Below are positions 1-14,082 of a DNA stretch of 64,000 nucleotides, one piece after another; position 1 is the first letter of the stretch, and the number at the start of each line of letters is the position of its first letter. The stretch is from Felis catus. Lineage: Eukaryota. The notes below the pieces were generated by a model. The model was not told where the DNA came from and made no database searches. It saw nothing but the letters and a program-made list of their open reading frames with translations. The stretch lies in contig NC_058368.1 in assembly GCF_018350175.1 (NCBI RefSeq), positions 219,916,001 through 219,980,000 on the forward strand, written 5' to 3'. A program made the position numbers and the translations under genes.

Positions 1-663
1 TTTCATCAAAATATCTTCAGTGGAGAGAGTAATCTATACATGATCTCCTTTCTATGAACTTCCAGAATGTTATCCTAAAACACAAGAGAATATCCAAATG
101 ACACACTTCAAGGATTATTATCGTATATTTTATTTTAGCATACGTGTGTTTTTATTTAGAACATACTTTCCCTAAAGTTTTGTTCATAATTTGGTTGTCC
201 TTATAATTCATATTTGTTGATAAAAGTGTCCCATTTTTTCTTTAATATTCTGGGAGTTTCTGGCCAGAATTCCTGGTATAATGTCCTACAGTGCAGCACC
301 CCCATTGACAATAAACTATTACTCTCAGTCTCAGCTACTAAGATGTAAGCAAAATAGAGGCAGATGTCCCTGAAGATTCTACTCAAACTCCACCTATACG
401 TATTACTCAAAATTGAGCTGCAATTTTTTTAACAGGGGTTATTTTATAAGCAATAAAATACTTGGTATTCAGAAATTATGTACATAAGAAATACAAAAAA
501 AAATTAAGATATTACATTTCAATAACTATTCCTCATAGAATAATTCCCTTTATACAATGTTTTTAGCCAGTTCTTCGATGCTTGTATCAGTGGCTTTTAG
601 TTGTCCCTCCTAACATAACCTATCATTTAATAAAATAGAATTTTTGACATGTTGCTAATTTGT

Positions 664-784
664 TTTTCTTTCTTTTTTTCCCTCCTTCCTTTCCCTCCCT
701 CCCCCTTCTGTTTTTCCTTCCTTCCTTCCTTCCTTCCTTCCTTCCTTCCTTCCTTCCTCCCTTCCTTCCTTCCTGTCTTTCTTT

Positions 785-824
<40 letters not shown>

Positions 825-852
825 TTTCTTTCTTCCATCCTTCCTTCCTTCT

Positions 853-896
<44 letters not shown>

Positions 897-935
897 TCCT
901 TTCCTCCTTTTTTCCTTTTTTTTCTTTCTTTCCTT
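664..935. repeat. Compound pyrimidine microsatellite (TTCC)n/(TTTC)n
   Basis: Directly visible TTCC and TTTC arrays; explains the low-complexity ORFs at 623-978. Confidence 0.95.
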
Positions 936-948
936 CAAAGCATATTCT

Positions 949-1148
949 CTTTTTAAGTTTTTGTTAGATTCCAGTTAGTTAACATACAGTGTAATACCAG
1001 TTTCAGGTGTACAATTTGTAATTCAACACCTCCATACATCACCTTGCTCCTCACAGCAAGGGCATTCCTTAATCCCCATGACTTATTTCACCCACCCCCT
1101 ATCCACCTCCCCTCTGACAACCATTACTTTGTTCTCTATAGTTAAGAG

Positions 1149-1209
<61 letters not shown>

Positions 1210-1653
1210 TGCTTATTTGCTTTGTTTCTAAAATTTCTTACACTGTTGGTGGGAATGCAACCTGGTATCACCACTTTGGAAAACAGTATGGAGGTTTCTC
1301 AAAAAGTTAAAAATAAAACTACCCTACAGTTCAGCAAATGTACTACTAGGTATTTACCCAAACAATAAAAAAATACTGAGCTGATGGGATACATGCACCC
1401 CGATGTTTATAGCAGCATTGTATACAATACCTAAATATTGGAAAGAGTCCAAATGTCCATTGACTGGTGAATGAATAAAGAAGATGTGGTTTATATATGC
1501 AATGGAATATTACTCAGCCATAAAAAAGAAAAAAATCTTGCCATTTGCAAATGATGTGACTGGAACTAGAAAGTATTATGCTAAATGAAATCAGTCAGTC
1601 AGAGAAATAAAAATACCATGTGACTTCGGTTATATGTGAAATTTAAGAGACAA
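949..1653 (-). mobile_element. 5'-truncated, 5'-inverted (twin-primed) carnivore L1 3' end
   Basis: About 949-1236 is the reverse complement of an L1 3'UTR. About 1237-1653 is plus-sense ORF2 C-terminus (CTTACACTGTTGGTGGGAATG...GAAATTTAAGAGAC). Flanked by CATATTCT at 941-948 and 1654-1661. Confidence 0.75.
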
Positions 1654-2212
1654 CATATTCTTGACAGAAAACCTGAAAACTAATGTTTTTTACACACTTA
1701 AAATAAAATGTGATGAGTAAAACAATGGAGGTATGTATACCATTCAGTTGTATACTTATGAAGAAGTAGGTTACTCTGACTGGGGTTCAGAGAGTTTTGC
1801 ACTATTGTTTCCAAGGGTGATGAATTCACCAGTCAGTGAGAAAAGAAAGGACATCCTGGGTAATGGCAGTTAGTGTGGCAGAGACACATGCTTGAAACTG
1901 TACTGTGTGTTTAGAGAGCTTTAAAAGTATACTACTGATGATGCATTGAGCTAACGGTTAGAAATGTTTGAAAAAAACAAACTTGGAATGGCATGTAGTT
2001 TTCATATCATTCCTTCACTCACTTGTTCAACAAGTATTCATTGAGTACCAACTCTGAGCCAGGAATTAGAACAGGTTTGGGGGAGGGGTCAAGTAATGAA
2101 TGCAGTGACCATGGATTATTCTCATAAAAGCTGTAGTCCAATGATGGAAGAGCTTATTTAAAAATGTGTGTAAAATACAGAAGCACTATTGTGTAGATAG
2201 TGGCTGATCTGG

Positions 2213-2580
2213 TTATTTGTTGCTGCATAACAAACTTCTCTCAAGTTTAGTGGTTAAAGAAGTATTGTTGTTGTTTTATTATTTGCTTGTTTGTTGGACT
2301 TGCCTCAAGCGACTGGTTCTCTCATGCAGTTACCATCAGCTGTTGTGGGGGTTGAGTCATCTGAAGGCCCACCTGGCCTGTAGGACCAAAATGGCTGAAT
2401 GGCAGTTGGGTGAATTCCTGGGAGCTGTTGACAACCACACAAATGTGCAGCCTCTCTGTCACTTGGCCTTCTGACAGCAGGGATGCTGCATTCTGAGAGT
2501 GAGCTTTCCAAGAATCAGGAAGCAAAAACTTCAGGTCAAAGTGGTGACATGAACTGCCCAGATTCAGGAGGATAAAGAAA
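2213..2580. mobile_element. Old MaLR (MLT1-like) LTR remnant
   Basis: Start resembles MLT1 (GTTATTTGTTGCTGCATAACAAAC...AGTGGTTAAAG); highly diverged; boundaries approximate. Confidence 0.4.
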
Positions 2581-3098
2581 TACCTACCTTTAAAGTGAAA
2601 TCTGCTCCATTAATCATATAATGCATTATCTAAATGAGGTTACTTTTGGTAAGAAAATATGGCACAGTTTTCCACATATTTCTAGTTTTACACTTAACTT
2701 CTAATTTCTCATGTTTCTTGCTGCCCTTGCCATCTACTGGCTTAGTGGTTCCTTGGATCTTGTCGGACGTGTCAAGGGCCACAGAAATGCAGGCTAGTGG
2801 TATGCCAAGTGGCCCAAAACAAGACACATTGTTTCTTACTGCAAGGCATGTCTTAAACTGTTCATAACTGAGCATTTTGCTTTAGTGTCATGCTCTACAT
2901 ACTGACCTTGAAAGAGCAATGCTGGTTATGTTGCTTTTAGAAGGGATCCAGAAAGCAAAAGTGCTGTCACCAGTCATTTTCTAGTAATTATTTATTGAAC
3001 ATGCATTTCAGTCACTACTAAACGAATACATGGAAGAAACTGAAAATAAAAGTTAAATGGTTTTTTTTGTTTGTTTGTTTTTTGTTTTTTTTTTTTAC

Positions 3099-3331
3099 GG
3101 GGCGCCTGGGTGGTTCAGTCGGTTGAGCGTCCGACTTCGGCTCAGGTCACGATCTCACGGTCCGTGAGTTCGAGCCCCGTGTGAGGCTCTGGCCTGATGG
3201 CTCAGAGCCTGGCGCCTGCTTCCGATTCTGTGTCTCCCTCTCTCTCTGCCCCTCCCCCGTTCATGCTCTGTCTCTCTCTGTCCCAAAAATAAATAAACGT
3301 TAAAAAAAATTTTTTTAAATTTAAAAAAAAA
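3099..3331 (+). mobile_element. Can-SINE (feline SINEC type)
   Basis: GGGGCGCCTGGGTGG tRNA-derived head, (CT)-rich body, AATAAA/A-rich tail; flanked by GTTAAATG plus T-run on both sides. Confidence 0.93.
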
Positions 3332-3397
3332 TGTTAAATGTTTTTTTTTTAAACCCATACACACTATTTTAATACAAATATCAAAATAATACTTATT

Positions 3398-3563
3398 GGG
3401 GCACCTGGGTGGCTCAGTCGGTTGGGAGTCAGACTTTGGCTCAGGTCATGATCTCACGGTCCGTGAGTTCAATCCCCACTTCGGGCTCTGTGCTGACAGC
3501 TCAGAGCCTGGAGCCTCTTTCAGATTCTGTGTCTCCCTCTCTCTCTGCCCCTTCCCGACTCAT

Positions 3564-3599
<36 letters not shown>

Positions 3600-3633
3600 A
3601 AAAATAAATAAACATTAAAAAAAATTAAAAAAT
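3398..3633 (+). mobile_element. Can-SINE
   Basis: GGGGCACCTGGGTGGCTCAGTCGG head, (CT)n, A-tail; TSD AATAATACTTATT at 3385-3397 and 3634-3646. Confidence 0.93.
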
Positions 3634-6294
3634 AATAATACTTATTAAAAACAAGAGCAATCTTGGGGAAATGCAAAGCCAGACAAGAAGCTTGGAAAAC
3701 AGGAGGAGCACCCTGGGCAATCCAGAATGTGGTCACCCTCAAGGATACACCTAAGGCTAAAAGAATACACAGAGAAAAAGCTATTAAAATTTAATGGAGG
3801 ATATAGAAGGATTTTCTGGTGAGCTAAGCATTTTTAACTTTTTCCTCAGGCTATGTACAATTCGAGCATGAAAATATAAAATCAGATTGGCATTTCAGAA
3901 TCATAACTATATAAACATAATGTATTGGAGTGAGTATATACAGAGTCATAAAAGAACAATGAGGAAGCTATAACCATTTTCAATATTATTAGAAAAAGGG
4001 AAAATAAAATGATAGCTTTAAGGATGGATTAATAGAATTTTATTTATCAACAATCTAGAATGAATAATTAGACAGACATAATTACCAAACCATTAGTATG
4101 ATATTATCATATCACCTTTAAAATAATTTAGTTTTAAGGTAACTTTCAATTTAATGAATGATGGCATTAGAAAATTCCAGCTTAAAAAAAAAAAATAAAA
4201 AGGAAAGCAAAGAAAATTCCAGCTGTTCTTGATCAGAGAATAAAGATCCAAGTTTCTTGAAAAGCCTTTTTACTAACTTAATATTTGAGATATTCAACAA
4301 TAAAATGGTTTTTTATCAAAGCTAATTTCTGAAAAGTCAAATATAATAATTTTAGCAAAAAGTTGTAATAGGATACAAATATTCTGGAAAGTTTGTCTCA
4401 GATGAACTATCTAAGATGAGATCAGAATAGTGTGTTTTAAGGACTATCATATAGAAGACAACCTAAGACATAAGAAAGTCTGATGGTTCCACACTACTCT
4501 CTTATGGCAAACATTCTCTATAGGAGGTATGGTGATTCTAATTTGTTTATTTTTTTAACTTGATGTTTTTGAGTATTAGATATAAGGAAATCTAAACCTT
4601 CCCTTATTGTGGTTGTGCACAGGTACACATGTTTCTTTACAGTCTATAAGAGAGAGTATACAGTAGCTTGGAGAAAAGCTAAAATGACAAGAATGGGCAG
4701 CAAGGAACAGATATCAGAAAACTTATAATAATAAAATTGTTAGCTTAGAACCCATAGCTATAATTATGTCAGGTTGTAATTGTCAGGGTTTCTCTAATAA
4801 ATTTGACATGTGTATCATAGGCTTTTTATATCTAAATTCCCTTACTTAAAAGTGAAACCATGGCACTCAATCTTTATCTGCACTATTGCTTAACCTAGAA
4901 CCTGAAACCTAGAACTTGTATTATATACAGGAATTATCCTACAGAACTCTCCTTTGGTCATCTTTCCTTATCCAAAAGAAATCCACCAAATACTTTCTTT
5001 TCTACTGTCTTGATATAAATATATTGATCCATTTCTCTCCAGCTATTCGTATTCACATTCCTGAACATCTACAATTTCTTATCTGAATTACTAGTTAAAA
5101 TCTCCCTAAGTGATCACTACTCCACACATAATATTGTCAATGTAAATTTTTTTTCTTGTTTCTAAGTTGTTTTAACTCTGCAATGGCCTCCTCATTTCTT
5201 AGAATAGATCCCAAATCCTTACCAAAAAAAGTCAAGACCTTACTCTCTGGCTTTAACTTTCTGACTTCGATCTCTTTATTTATCACTCCAGCTTCATGGC
5301 CTTAATTCATTTGCTCAAATGGGGCAATTCCATTTCTACCTCGGGACATTTGCATGTACTCTTCTCTCTACCTGAAATGAACTTCTGTACCATCGATCTA
5401 TGCCCAGAAAACTTCACTCAATTTTAAGGTTTAGATTACACGTCACTTCCTCAGAAAATTATTTTGTCAACCATTGAACATTGACTCCCATATCAGTCAA
5501 ATACAAAATAGAAAAGGTCTCTGATGAAAATATTGTCAGTAAAATTAAGAAATCAAATTAGGAATCAACTCTTATCAAAATGTGTTGATGCTTACCTTCT
5601 CTATTTGGAAAAGAGGACTGTGTTGAGCAAGCAGGGATATTCTTGTTTTTCTTTTTCTTTTCTTTTTCTTTTTCTTTTTCTTTTTAATGAAGGTATATCA
5701 AAGTTAATGAAAAATGACATGAATGACGACAATAAAAGTTGAACATATGGAAGTCCTAGTTCAGATGATGATGGTAAAAAGTGTTTAGTAGCTTTGTGAC
5801 AACTGGTTTGAGAATAGAACTCATTGTTATTCCACAAGGTTATTGTATTTGCTTAGGCGAGATTGATGCCCAAGCAGCCATCCTGAGTAAAGCTTGGCCT
5901 CTAACACCATTCAGATGTCTCTTCAGTGGTTTTGCTGCCCTTCACGATGGAAGGTTTGTCAACAAGTGAAACAAAGGGCACACTAATATCAGATTAAGGC
6001 AAAGTCTAAGACTCTCTCTCTGTCTCTCTCTCTCTCCCTCTCTCTCAGTAGATATGCATATGTGTTAATGTTATGGTGAGTTATGGTTGTGCACGAATAG
6101 AAAAGACCCATTTTCAGAAAACAGAACAGTATCCTATCCAGAAATTTTTCTTTTTCTGGTCTTTCAATATATTTGAGATTATTAAATTGGCAGTGATATA
6201 TAGAAAAGACCAATCAACTGAGATTATCAGTAAATTTTTGACAATATTCTCATCATTTTTTTCTTGATTGCACTAATTTCATTGTTTTATGTAA

Positions 6295-6491
6295 GAAAAA
6301 ATGTTTATTTATTTTTGAGAGAGAGAGAGCACAGGGGAGGGCAGAGAGAGAGGGAGACACAGAAACTGAGGTAGGCTTCAGGCTCTGAGCTGTCAGCACA
6401 GAGCCCGATGCAGGGCTCAAACTCACAAACTGTGAGATCAAGACCTGAGCCAAAATTGGATGCTTCACCGACTCAGCCACCCAAGTGCCCT
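6295..6491 (-). mobile_element. Can-SINE
   Basis: Reverse-complement head (CTCAGCCACCCAAGTGCCC), (GA)n, TTTATTTATTTT tail; CTAATTTCATTGTTT repeated on both sides. Confidence 0.9.
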
Positions 6492-7076
6492 AATTTCATT
6501 GTTTAAATATAACAGAATGGTTTTGCTTTTTGAGTTGGACAGGAAATTGATCATTTTATTTAATTAAATATTCATCAAATACTCACCTAACGCAAACTAT
6601 AGTATGAGCCATATATAGGTCATATATCCACAAATGTTTAATGTTTCAAAAAGTATATAAAAAGATTATAGTTGTTATTTTTTAATATTTCAAATGTACT
6701 AGAGGTTTGTGTACATAAGCAAAATCACTGAAATAGTTACCATGCTTAACGAAAGCAAGTCAATGTAAAAGTGCTTCTACAAAGATTGCTTATAATACTG
6801 TGTTTTACTAGAATTAAAGAGAAGAAAAAACATCACATAAACATTCACCATGCTGTATTACTGTGAGATACCAAAGAAAATGATAGAATCAATGTCTACC
6901 ATGTGGTAAAGTAGAATTTATGAATATATATGCAGATCATAGGCCTGACATTAAGGATTCAGACAGGAAAAATGAGTCCAATTTCCAATCAATACTCAAA
7001 GCCTAGCTCACTGGATTAGTGAGATATATTACAAGTCATGATTAGGGAGCAGTTTTATAAAAAGGAAAAAAGTCTT

Positions 7077-7295
7077 GGGGCACCTGGGTGGTTCAGTCGG
7101 TTGAGTGTCTGACTTCAGCTCAGGTCATGATCTTGCAGTTTGTGAGTTCGAGCCCTACGTTGGGCTCTGTGCTGACAGCTCAGAGCCTGGAGCCTGCTTC
7201 AGATTCTGTGTCTCCCTCTGTCGGCCCTTCCCTGCTCATGCTCTGTCTCTCTGTCTCTCAAAAGTGAATAAACGTTTAAAAATAATTTTGTTTTC
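7077..7295 (+). mobile_element. Can-SINE
   Basis: GGGGCACCTGGGTGGTTCAGTCGG head; flanks AAAAGG(A/G)AAAAAGTCTT on both sides. Confidence 0.9.
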
Positions 7296-7482
7296 AAAAA
7301 GGGAAAAAGTCTTCCTCAAGCCAAATATGGTAAGTTCATTTTGTTTCTTAGTGCGATGACATTGGAAAAACATAAGGACAGAGCACGTGACAGTTTTTGA
7401 GGTGACCTAACAGCCTCCACTTCTTGAGAGTCACAAACTTGTATAATGCCCCCCCACTGAATTCGGATATGATTTGTGATTT

Positions 7483-7955
7483 TCTTGTAATTAGTGGAAT
7501 ATGGCAAAGATGGTGAGATATCATTCTTGTGATTGTGTTACCACACATGAGTAGATGGCAACTCATTTTACAGACTTCCCTTGCAGCCTTAAGTGGCCAT
7601 GTTGACAAAGCCTATGTGGTAAAGATTGCAAGAAGCCTCTAGGAATGTCACTCTGACATCTGAAGGTGGTTTCCAACCAAAAGCTAGCCAGAAGCTGAGG
7701 TTTTCCCTCATAGGCCTAAGAAAATGAATTCTGCCAGCAACTTAGATGAGCTTGAAGAGGATAATTCCCAAGTTGAGTCACCACATATGAATCAATTCCA
7801 GCTGAAACCCTGATGGAAGCTTGTGAGGCTCTGAGCAGTGGACCCAACTAGGCTTTGCCCAGGCTCTTGACTTACAGAAAACACAGGGCAATAAACCTAT
7901 GTTGCTTTAAGCCACTACACTGTGGCAATAGGTTATACTGAAGTAGAAAACTAAA
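7483..7955 (+). mobile_element. Old MaLR (MLT1-like) LTR
   Basis: Typical MLT1 3' end (AATAAACCTATGTTGCTTTAAGCCACT...AGTAGAAAACTAA); boundaries approximate. Confidence 0.55.
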
Positions 7956-8282
7956 ATCATAAAGAAAGAAGGAAAGAGTAATCCTGAAATCCTCCTGGAT
8001 GGACTATCGTGATCATGTATAAACTGGTGAAAAAAAGTCTTCCCAAGGGGAATGTTAAACTCCTTTATGACACAGTACATGGTCAAGAACTAAAGAGGAA
8101 TTACCTCTGTCCTTTTAAGCCAAGAATATAAAGCATAGAAGTAGATTTCACCAGCTGACCCTGTCTCAGATATCAGACTGGAGATCTGAAAAAAAATACA
8201 GAGGGCAGTAGGTAAAATTAAACACCTGTATCTTCTCCATCTTTATGTGGTTAGTCTTCTCCTTCTTCTAAAATAATTCAAG

Positions 8283-8384
8283 GAGCGCCCAGATGGGTCA
8301 GTCGGTAGAACATGCAACTCGATCTTGGGGTTGTGAATTTGAGTCCCACAATGGGTGTAGAGATTACTTAAAAATAAATAAATA
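8283..8384 (+). mobile_element. Short tRNA-derived carnivore SINE (no CT tract), interrupted in its A-tail by the L1
   Basis: tRNA-like head with A/B-box-like motifs ending GGGTGTAGAGATTACTTAAAAATAAA; its TSD TAAAATAA(T/C)TCAAG lies at 8269-8282 and 14324-14337. Confidence 0.75.
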
Positions 8385-9317
8385 GAGGCTTCTGGGAAGA
8401 TGGCAGCGTAGGAGGATGTTGGGCTCACCACGTCCTGCAGATCTCATAGATTCCATCCCACCTGCCTAAATAACCCAGAAAATTGCCAGAAGACTAACAG
8501 GACGGATTCTCCAGAGCCAAGTGCAGACGAGAGGTCCATGGAAGAGGGTAGGAAGGGCGGAGAGGCATTGCGCGCTCCACGGACTGGCGGGAGGGAGCCA
8601 GGGCGGAGGGGCGGCCCGCTGGCCAAGCAGAGCCCTTGAGTCTGGCTTGCAAAAGCGGAGGGGCCCGACGGAGTGTGTTCCCACAGCAAGCAGGACTTGA
8701 TATCTGGAAGGTTATAAGCTAACAGCTCTGCTAGGAGAGCTGGAGGGCTGGAGAACAACAGGAGGGGGAGTTGTTGAGCCCCAGACAATTGAGTGCAGCT
8801 TGGCGGGAAGCAAAGGTGCTCACCAGCGCCATCTCCCTCGCCCATCCCCCAGCCAAAATCCCAAAGGGAACCGGTTCCTGTCAGGGAACTTGCTTGCACT
8901 GCACAAACACCCAACGCTGTGCTTCTGCGGAGCCACCCCTCCGGCAGCGGGTCTGACTCCCTCCCACTGCCACAGGGCCCCTCCTGAAGTGGATCACTGA
9001 AGGAGAAGCGATCTAAGCCTGCCCCTCCTGTCCCTGTGCACCTTGCCTACCCACCCCAGCTAATACGCCAGATCCCCAGCACCACAAGCCTGGCAGTGTG
9101 CAAGTAGCCCAGATGGGCCATGCCACCCCACAGTGAATCCCGCCCCTAGGAGAGGGGAAGAGAAGGCACACACCAGTCTGACTGCAGCCTGCAGCCCCAG
9201 CGGTGGGCTGGGGGCAGACATCAGGTCTGACTGCGACCCCACCCACCAACTCCAGTTATACACCACAGCACAAGAAAAGTGCCCCGCAGTCCCACACCAC
9301 TCCAGGGACTATCCAAA
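8385..9317 (+). promoter_or_regulatory. L1 5'UTR internal Pol II promoter
   Basis: GC/CpG-rich relative to flanks; YY1-like AAGATGGC at 8397-8404, at the usual position near the L1 5' end. Confidence 0.7.
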
Positions 9318-10214
9318 ATGACGAAACGGAAGAATTCCCCTCAAAAAAAAACCTCCAGGAAATAACGACAGCTAATGAACAGATCAAAAACGATTTAAAC
9401 AATAAAACAGAAAATGAATTTAGAATAATAGTCATAAAATTAGTCACTGGGCTTGAAAACAGTATTAAGGACAGCAGAGAATCTATTGCTACAGAGATCA
9501 AAGCACTAAGGAACAGCCAGGAGGAGCTAAAAAATGCTGTCAATGAGCTGCAAAATAAAATGCAGACGACCACAGCTCGGATTGAAGAGGCAGAAGAGAG
9601 AATAGGTGAACTAGAAGATAAAATTATGGAAAAAGAAGCAGCTGAGAAAAAGAGAGATGAAAAAAATCCAGGAGTATGAGGAGAAAATTAGAGAACTAAG
9701 TGAGGCACTAAAGAGAAATAATCTACTCATAATTGGTATTCCAGTGGAGGAAGAGAGAGGGAAAGGTGCTGAAGGTGTAATTGAAGAAATAATAGCTGAG
9801 AACTTCCCTGATCTGGGGAAGGAAAAAGGCATTAAAATCCAAGAGGCACAGAGAACTCCCTTCAGATGTAACTTGAATTGATCTTCTGCATGACATATCA
9901 TAGTGAAACTGGCAAAATACAAGGATAAAGAGAAAATTCGGAAAGCAGCTAGGGATAAACATGCTCTAACATATAAAGGGAGACCTATAAGACTAGTGAT
10001 GGATATCTCTACTGAAACTTGGCAGGCCAGAAAAGAATGGCAGGAAATCTTCAATGTGATGAACAGAACAAATATGCAGCCAAGAATCTTCTATCCAGCA
10101 AATCTGTCATTTAGAATAGAAAGAGAGATAAAAGTCTTCCCAAACAAACAAAAACTGAAGGAATTCGTCACCACTAAACCAGCCCTACAAGAGATCCTAA
10201 GGGGGATCCTGTGA
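9318..10214 (+). pseudogene. L1 ORF1 (RNA-binding protein), frameshifted with stops
   Basis: ATG at 9318; split among ORF-track pieces 9203-9679 (coiled coil), 9657-9881 (LKRNNLLIIGIP) and 9903-10214 (ARKEW..., KPALQEIL). Confidence 0.9.
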
Positions 10215-10264
10215 GACAAAGTACCAGAGACATCGCCACAAGCATGAAACCTACAGACATCACA

Positions 10265-13200
10265 ATGACTTTAAACCCATATCTTTCTATAATACTGAAT
10301 GTAAATGGACTAAATGTGCCAACCAAAAGACATAGGGTATAAAATGGATAAAAAAAAAAAAGACCCATCTATTTGCTGTCTGCAAGAGACTCATTTTAGA
10401 CCTGAGGACACCTTCTGATTGAGTGTGAGGTGATGGAGAACTATTTATCATGCTACTGGAAGCCAAAAGAAAGCTGGAGTAGCCATACTTATATCAGACA
10501 AACTAGACTTTAAATTAAAGGCTGTAACAAGAGATGAAGAAGGGCATTATATAATAATTATAGGGTCTATCCATCAATAAGAATTAACAATTATAAATGT
10601 CTATGCATCGAATACAGAAGCCCCCAAATATATAAAACAATTACTCACAAACATAAGCAACCTTATTGACAAGAATGTGGTAATTGCAGGGGACTTTAAT
10701 ACCCCACTTACAACAATGGATAGATCATCTAGACACACGGTCAATAAAGAACCAAGGGCCCTGAATGATACATTGGATCAGATGGACTTGACAGATATAT
10801 TTAGAACTCTGCATCCCAAAGCAACAGAATATACTTTCTTCTCGAGTGCACATGGAACATTCTCCAAGATAGATCACATACTGGGTCACAAAACAGCCCT
10901 TCATAAGTATACAAGAATTGAGATCATACCATGCATACTTTCAGACCACAATGCTATGAAGCTTGAAATCAACTACAGAAAAAATCTGGAAAACCTCCAA
11001 GCATGGAGGTTAAAGAACACCCTAGTAAAGAATGAATGGGTCAACCAGGCAATTAGAGAAGAAATTTAAAAATGTATGGAAACAAACGAAAATGAAAATA
11101 TAACAATCCAAATGCTTTGGGATGCAGCGACGGCAGTCCTGAGAGGAAAATACATTGCAATCCAGGCCTATCTCAAGAAACAAGCAAAATCCCAAATACA
11201 AAACCTAACAGCATACCTAAAGGAAATAGAAGCAGAGCAGCAAAGACACCCCAAACCCAGCAGAAGAAGAGAAATAATAAAGATCAGAGCAGAAATAAAC
11301 AATATAGAATCTAAAAAAACTGTAGAGTAGATCAATGAAACCAAAAGTTGGTTTTTTGAAAAAATAAACAAAGTTGATAAACCTCTAGCCAGTCTTCTCA
11401 AAAAGAAAAGGGAGATGACCCAAATAGATTAAAATCATGAATGAAAATGGAATTATTACAACCAATCCCTCAGAAATACAAGTAATTATCAGGGAATACT
11501 ATGAAACATTATATGCCAACAAACTGAATAACCTGGAAGAAATGGATAAATTCCTAAACACCCACACGCCTCCAAAACTCAAACAGGAGGAAATAGAAAG
11601 CTTGAACAGACCCATAACCAATGAGGAAATTGAATCAGTTATCAAATATCTCCCAACAAATAAGAGTCCAGGACCAGATGGCTTCCCTGGGGAATTCTAC
11701 CAGACATTTAAAGCAGAGATAATACCTATCCTTCTCAAGCTGTTCCAAAAAATAGAAAGGGAAGGAAAACTTCCAGACTCATTCTATGAAGCCAGTATTA
11801 CTTTGATTCCTAAACCAGACAGAGACCCAGTAAAAAAAGAGATCTATAGGCCAATATCCCTGATGAATATGGATGCAAAAATTCTCAATAAGATACTAGC
11901 AAATCGAATTCAACAGCATATAAAAAGAATTATTCACCACGATCAAGTGGGATTCATTCTTGGGATGCAGGGCTGGTTCAACATTCGCAAATCAATCAAT
12001 GTGATACATGACATTAATAAAAGAAAAGATAAGAACCATATGATCTTGTCAATCAATGCAGAAAAAGCATTTGACAAAATTCAGCATCCTTTCTTAATAA
12101 AAACCCTCAAGAAAGTCGGGATAGAAGTAACATACTGAAACAGCATAAAAGCCATTTATGACAAGTTCACAGCTAATATCATCCTCAATGGGGAAAAACT
12201 GAGAGCGTTTTCCCTGAGATCAAGAACACGACAGGAATGCCCACTCTCACTGCTGTTGTTTTACATAGTGTTAGAAGTTCTAGCATCAGCAATCAGACAA
12301 CAAAAGGAAATCAAAGGCATCAAAATTGGCAAAGATGAAGTCAAACTTTCACTTTTTGCAGATGCCATGATATTATACATGGAAAATCCGATAGACTCCA
12401 CCAGAAGTCTGCTAGAACTGATACATGAATTTAGCAAAGTTGCAGGATACAAAATCAATGTACAGAAATCAGTTGCATTCTTATACACTAATAATGAAGC
12501 AACAGAAGACAAATAAAGAAACTGATCCCATTCACAACTGCACCAAGAAGCATAAAATACCTAGGAATAAATCTAACCAAAGATGTACAACAGCTGTATG
12601 CTGAAAACTATAGAAATCGTATGAAGGAAATTGATGAAGATATAAAGAAATGGAAAAACATTCCGTGCTCATGGGTTGGAAGAATAAATATTGTCAAAAT
12701 GTCAATACTACCCAAAGCTATCTACACATTCAATGCAATCCCAATCAAAATTGCACCAGCATTCTTCTCGAAGCTAGAACAAGCAATCCTAAAATTCATA
12801 TGGAACCACAAAAGGCCCTGAATAGCCAAAGTAATTTTGAAGAAGAAGACCAAATCAGGAGGCATCACAATCCCAGACTTTAACTTCTACTACAAAGCTG
12901 TAATCATCAAGACAGCATGGTATTGGCACAAAAACAGACACAGGGACCAATGGAATAGAATAGAAACCCCAGAATTAAACCCACAAAAGTATGGCCAACT
13001 CTTCTTTGACAAAGCAGGAAAGAATATCCAATGGAAAAAAGACAGTCTCTTTAACAAATGGTGCTGGGAGAACTGGACAGCAACATGCAGAAGGTTGAAA
13101 CTAGACCACTTTCTCACACCATTCACAAAGATAAACTCAAAATGGATAAAGGACCTGAATGTGAAACAGGAAACCATCAAAACCCTAGAGGAGAAAGCAG

Positions 13201-14082
13201 GAAAAGACCTCTCTGACCTCAGCCGCAGCAATTTCTTACTTGACACATCCCCAAAGGCAAGGAAATTTAAAGCAAAAATGAACTATTGGGATATGAAGAT
13301 AAAAAGCTTCTGCACTGCAAAGGAAACAATCAACAAAACTAAAAGACAACCAACAGAATGGGAAAAGATATTTGCAAATGACATATCGGAAAAAGGGCTA
13401 GTATCCAAAATCTATAAAGAGCTCACCAAACTCCACACCCAAAAAACAAACAATCCAGTGAAGAAATGGGCAGAAAACAAGAATAGACACTTCTCTAAAG
13501 AAGACATCTGGATGGCCAACAGGCACATGAAAAGATGCTCTTCACTGCTCCTCATCAGGGAAATACAAATCAAAACCACACTCAGATATCACCTCACGCC
13601 AGTCAGAGTGGCCAAAATGAACAAATCAGGAGACCTTAGATGCTGGAGAGGATGTGGAGAAATGGGAACCCTTTTGCACTGTTGGTGGGAATGCAAATTG
13701 GTGCAGCCACTCTGGAAAAACAATGTGGAGGTTCCTCAAAAAATTAAAAATAGACCTACCTTATGACCCAGCAGTAGCACTGCTAGGAATTTACCCAAGG
13801 GATACAGGAGTGATGATGCATAGAGGCACTTGCACCCTAATGTTTATAGCAGCACTCTCAACAATAGCCAAATTGTGGAAAAAGCCTAAATGTCCATCAA
13901 CTGATGAATGGATAAAGAAATTGTGGTTTATATACACAATGGAGTACTATGTGGCAATGAGAAAGAATGAAATATGGCCCTTTGTAGCAACGTGGAGGGA
14001 ACTGGAGAGTGTGATGCTAAGTGAAATAAGCCATACAGAGAAAGATAGATACCATATGTTTTCACTCTCATGTGGATCCTGA
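10265..14082 (+). pseudogene. L1 ORF2 (endonuclease/reverse transcriptase), multiply disrupted
   Basis: Fragments carry EN motifs (AGDFNTPL, SDHNA), RT motifs ([23 protein letters not shown] where the catalytic FADD reads FADA) and the C-terminal Cys domain (CWRGCGE...HCWWECK). Confidence 0.93.

Noticed and set aside
623..978. Long K/E/R-rich and F/L/S-rich ORFs (also 43738-44351)
   Set aside because: Translations of TTCC/TTTC microsatellites, which lack stop codons by composition.
8444..8914. 156-codon antisense ORF in the L1 5'UTR as a possible ORF0 analogue
   Set aside because: Starts at TTG in GC-rich sequence where long open frames arise by chance; no recognisable motif; would need conservation across L1 copies.
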